DNA from: Nitrospirales bacterium
GTDB lineage: Bacteria; Nitrospirota; Nitrospiria; Nitrospirales; UBA8639
Length of the DNA: 64,000 bases
NCBI GenBank assembly: GCA_965203295.1
Contig: CBDBCZ010000019.1
Span: 2,400,001 to 2,464,000, forward strand
Direction: 5' to 3'
Shown piece after piece: positions 61,520-64,000 of the stretch. Within the stretch, counting starts at the first letter, position 1; every line of letters starts with the position of its first letter. Position numbers and translations under genes: made by a program. The notes under the pieces were generated by a model. It worked only from the letters and a program-made list of their open reading frames with translations, did not search any database and was not told the DNA's origin.

Positions 61520-62309
61520 TCAAATCGTACCATACCCCTGCCATCTGAACCAGATACTACCCACCAACGGCAGGACTATCAAGAGTATGACACCATAATC
61601 ACGCTTGGTCATTCTGGACAAGGTATAAGGATGTCGAGAACGACTCGGAGCAAATCCCTTAGACTCTAAAGCCATAGCCAAAAGATTTGTTTGACGAAGC
61701 GTATGGCCAATCAACGGGACCACTAAGGGTGGATACCGTCGAATTTTTCCCCACACGGACTTAGAAGTTAAGTCCAGCCCCCGAGAACGCTGTGCTTGAA
61801 TGACTGTCTCGATCGACCCAAGAAGAGTGGGAACCCACCGAAAGGCCAGAGACAAGGCAAACCCTAGGGAAGAAGGAAGCCCCATTCGTTGCAGAGACCG
61901 AGCGAACTCTTCTATGGGTGTTGTAGATAAGAGAAGGACTCCATTCAGTAGCATCATACAGTAGCATCATATCCAACAGGAGTCCCATACCAATTCCATG
62001 GGCAACGCCTTCCACCGTAATCTCTTGATTGACCACTTTGAAAAGAGAAGTTTGTACCTCAACAAAAAACGGCCACAATGCCATGCTATACATACATAGT
62101 AATGCCAAAAAAACCCAAAGTTTCTTGACATTTTCCAATGCCCTGGCTGCGAGGATACCCCCAAACGCTAGTGCTGTCAGCCCTAAAAGATACCAAGGAT
62201 CAGAGAACAGAAGGGCTAAGCAGAAAAGTCCAAACAGACAGAGGACTTTGGTTCGTCCATCCAATTGATGAATCCATGTACGACGGTCAAGGTATAATGA
62301 GAGGTTCAT
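61520..62309 (-). pseudogene. ECF transporter T component, frameshifted
   Basis: WIHQLDGRTKV...; QAQRSRG and ALESKGF motifs; frame broken by a 13-bp tandem duplication at 61946-61971. Confidence 0.85.
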
Positions 62310-62343
62310 CGAATCCTTAACGCACTCCTCACTTCTTCCACCG

Positions 62344-63936
62344 TTAACCACGTCTGCCCCCAGCGTTGACCGAAAAGGGTAATGGGGGGAATGTCCAACG
62401 AAGCTGACTGACTAACTCGGGATCGGCAAAAATACTACGCGTTGGCCCATGTGCCAAAATCTGCCCGTCTTTCAGCAAGACACACCGATGTGCATACTGG
62501 GCTGCCAGCCACATCGCATGTGTCACGATGAGAATCGTGTGGCCCTGTCGATTCAAATAACGAATCATGTTCATCATGCGATCAGTTTCTTGAGCATCTA
62601 AACCTGTTGTCGGTTCATCAAAGATAAGAATATTCAGTTTGGCGGCCAAGACTGATGCGACGGCCACACGCTGGCGCTCCCCTTTTGTCAGAGAAAAGGG
62701 ATCCAGGTGTTTCACATCCCTGTTTCCTAACCCGACAGCCCCAAGAGCCTCAGCGACACGTTGCTCACACTCTTCGGAAGAACAACCAACATTTTTTGAA
62801 CCAAAGGCCACTTCCTCCCACACCATCTCTGCAAAGATTTGGTGATCAGGATTTTGAAACACATACCCGACACGAAAGGCCAATTCGCTGATCGTCATAG
62901 TCCGCGCATCGTTCCTACACACAAAAACCTGACCACGCGTCGGACGCAATAGCCCGTTAAAGCACTTGGCCAACGTGCTTTTCCCTGACCCATTTTCCCC
63001 AAGAATGGCCACAATCTCCCTAGCATGAATGGTCAAGGAAACATTCTTGAGAGCCCGCACATCACCCGGGTACGTAAGAAACACCTGTTCAAGTTTCAAC
63101 ACTTCCTGAGTTTCTCCAACTTCATCAAATCGATTTTTTTCACCAGCCCCTGTAAATCCTTGTTCTTGGCACCATGACGATTGAAGCATCAACCCTCGTT
63201 CTTCAGTCACCATCCATGCTTCTTCAACTGTGACGGGTAAGCGGGACAGACCTAATCCTGTAAAACACTCGGCGATGGGAAGCGGCCGAATCTCTAACTG
63301 TTCAGGCAACGCGGGTTGCGAAAATAATTCCATGGGACTTCCCTGCCATTTGACCTGGCCTCGATCCAGAATACTGATCTGCTCAGTATCAAGAATCTCT
63401 TCAGGATCATGTTCAGCGAGCACCAATGTGAGGCCTTCTTTTTTGAGTTTGTCGACTACCTCCATCAATTGTCTTCGACCTTGTGGATCCAAGTCAGTTA
63501 AGGGTTGGTCCATGACCAGCAGACGGGGTTCCCGTATAAGGATGGAGGCAATCACGAGACGTTGACGCTGCCCACCTGATAAAGAAAGAGGATCTCGGCG
63601 GGCCAAACCCGAAAGTCCTACTCGATCTAATGCCTCCATAATTCTGTTACGCATTTCAGCAGGAGAAATCGCAGGGTTGAGATGCTCCAATGGAAATGAC
63701 AGCTCCATCTCAACATTCGTTGAAACAAGCTGAGTATCAAAATCCTGAAATACCAACCCCACAATCCCCGCTTGTTGCCAAACTGAGGTGTCTCTTGTGT
63801 CTCGTCCATTCACCGTCACGACCCCAGTAAGTTGTCCACCCAAGAATTGAGGAATCAACCCGTTGAGCATAAAACAGAGTGTGGATTTCCCAGATCCAGT
63901 CCCCCCCATGAGAACTTGCGATTCCCCTTGATTCAC
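62344..63936 (-). CDS. ECF transporter fused double ATPase (C-terminus apparently frameshifted; start may lie beyond the window)
   Basis: Two ABC cassettes: GGTGSGKST/LSGGQ and GENGSGKST/FDEPT; VFQNPDHQ. Confidence 0.85.
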   Translation of the reverse strand: MNQGESQVLMGGTGSGKSTLCFMLNGLIPQFLGGQLTGVVTVNGRDTRDTSVWQQAGIVGLVFQDFDTQLVSTNVEMELSFPLEHLNPAISPAEMRNRIMEALDRVGLSGLARRDPLSLSGGQRQRLVIASILIREPRLLVMDQPLTDLDPQGRRQLMEVVDKLKKEGLTLVLAEHDPEEILDTEQISILDRGQVKWQGSPMELFSQPALPEQLEIRPLPIAECFTGLGLSRLPVTVEEAWMVTEERGLMLQSSWCQEQGFTGAGEKNRFDEVGETQEVLKLEQVFLTYPGDVRALKNVSLTIHAREIVAILGENGSGKSTLAKCFNGLLRPTRGQVFVCRNDARTMTISELAFRVGYVFQNPDHQIFAEMVWEEVAFGSKNVGCSSEECEQRVAEALGAVGLGNRDVKHLDPFSLTKGERQRVAVASVLAAKLNILIFDEPTTGLDAQETDRMMNMIRYLNRQGHTILIVTHAMWLAAQYAHRCVLLKDGQILAHGPTRSIFADPELVSQLRWTFPPLPFSVNAGGRRG

Positions 63937-64000
63937 TCGAATTGAGACCGATTGACGGCTTGTTGGGGATCTTGGAGTGACAAGACCTTTATCACCTCCC

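Noticed and set aside
1..64000. CRISPR array, rRNA, prophage
   Set aside because: No repeat-spacer periodicity, rRNA-like sequence or phage genes seen.

Overview
About 50% GC bacterial chromosome segment, most likely Nitrospirota/Nitrospirales (inferred from gene content and order; no database search was run). The core is a minus-strand dcw cluster (rsmH-ftsL-ftsI-murE-murF-mraY-murD-ftsW-murG-murC-murB-ddl-ftsQ-ftsA-ftsZ-pgeF-yggS-yggT-divIVA-serine hydrolase). It lacks mraZ but keeps MraZ-like boxes. Other genes: asnS, tlyA/xseAB/ymdB/rny/zapAB/slt, a histidine-phosphatase-PFK fusion, tRNA-His with a decayed 3.3-kb att-flanked island, rpsT/holA/lptE/leuS, mdh, a large vWA protein, bfd, an S9 peptidase, an RpoD paralogue and a damaged ECF transporter. 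Most notable observations: (1) two genes (a SleB-like hydrolase and an SGNH-like protein) are interleaved, and one base-precise swap of adjacent 1184-bp and 443-bp blocks restores both junctions; (2) a ~400-nt nested inverted-repeat structure occupies the zapA-rny position where 6S RNA often lies; (3) a 167-bp non-autonomous IS200/IS605 element has ends that obey the IS608 guide/cleavage pairing rule; (4) pseudogenes and GC-to-AT substitutions at conserved codons are widespread, suggesting early genome decay or consensus errors.
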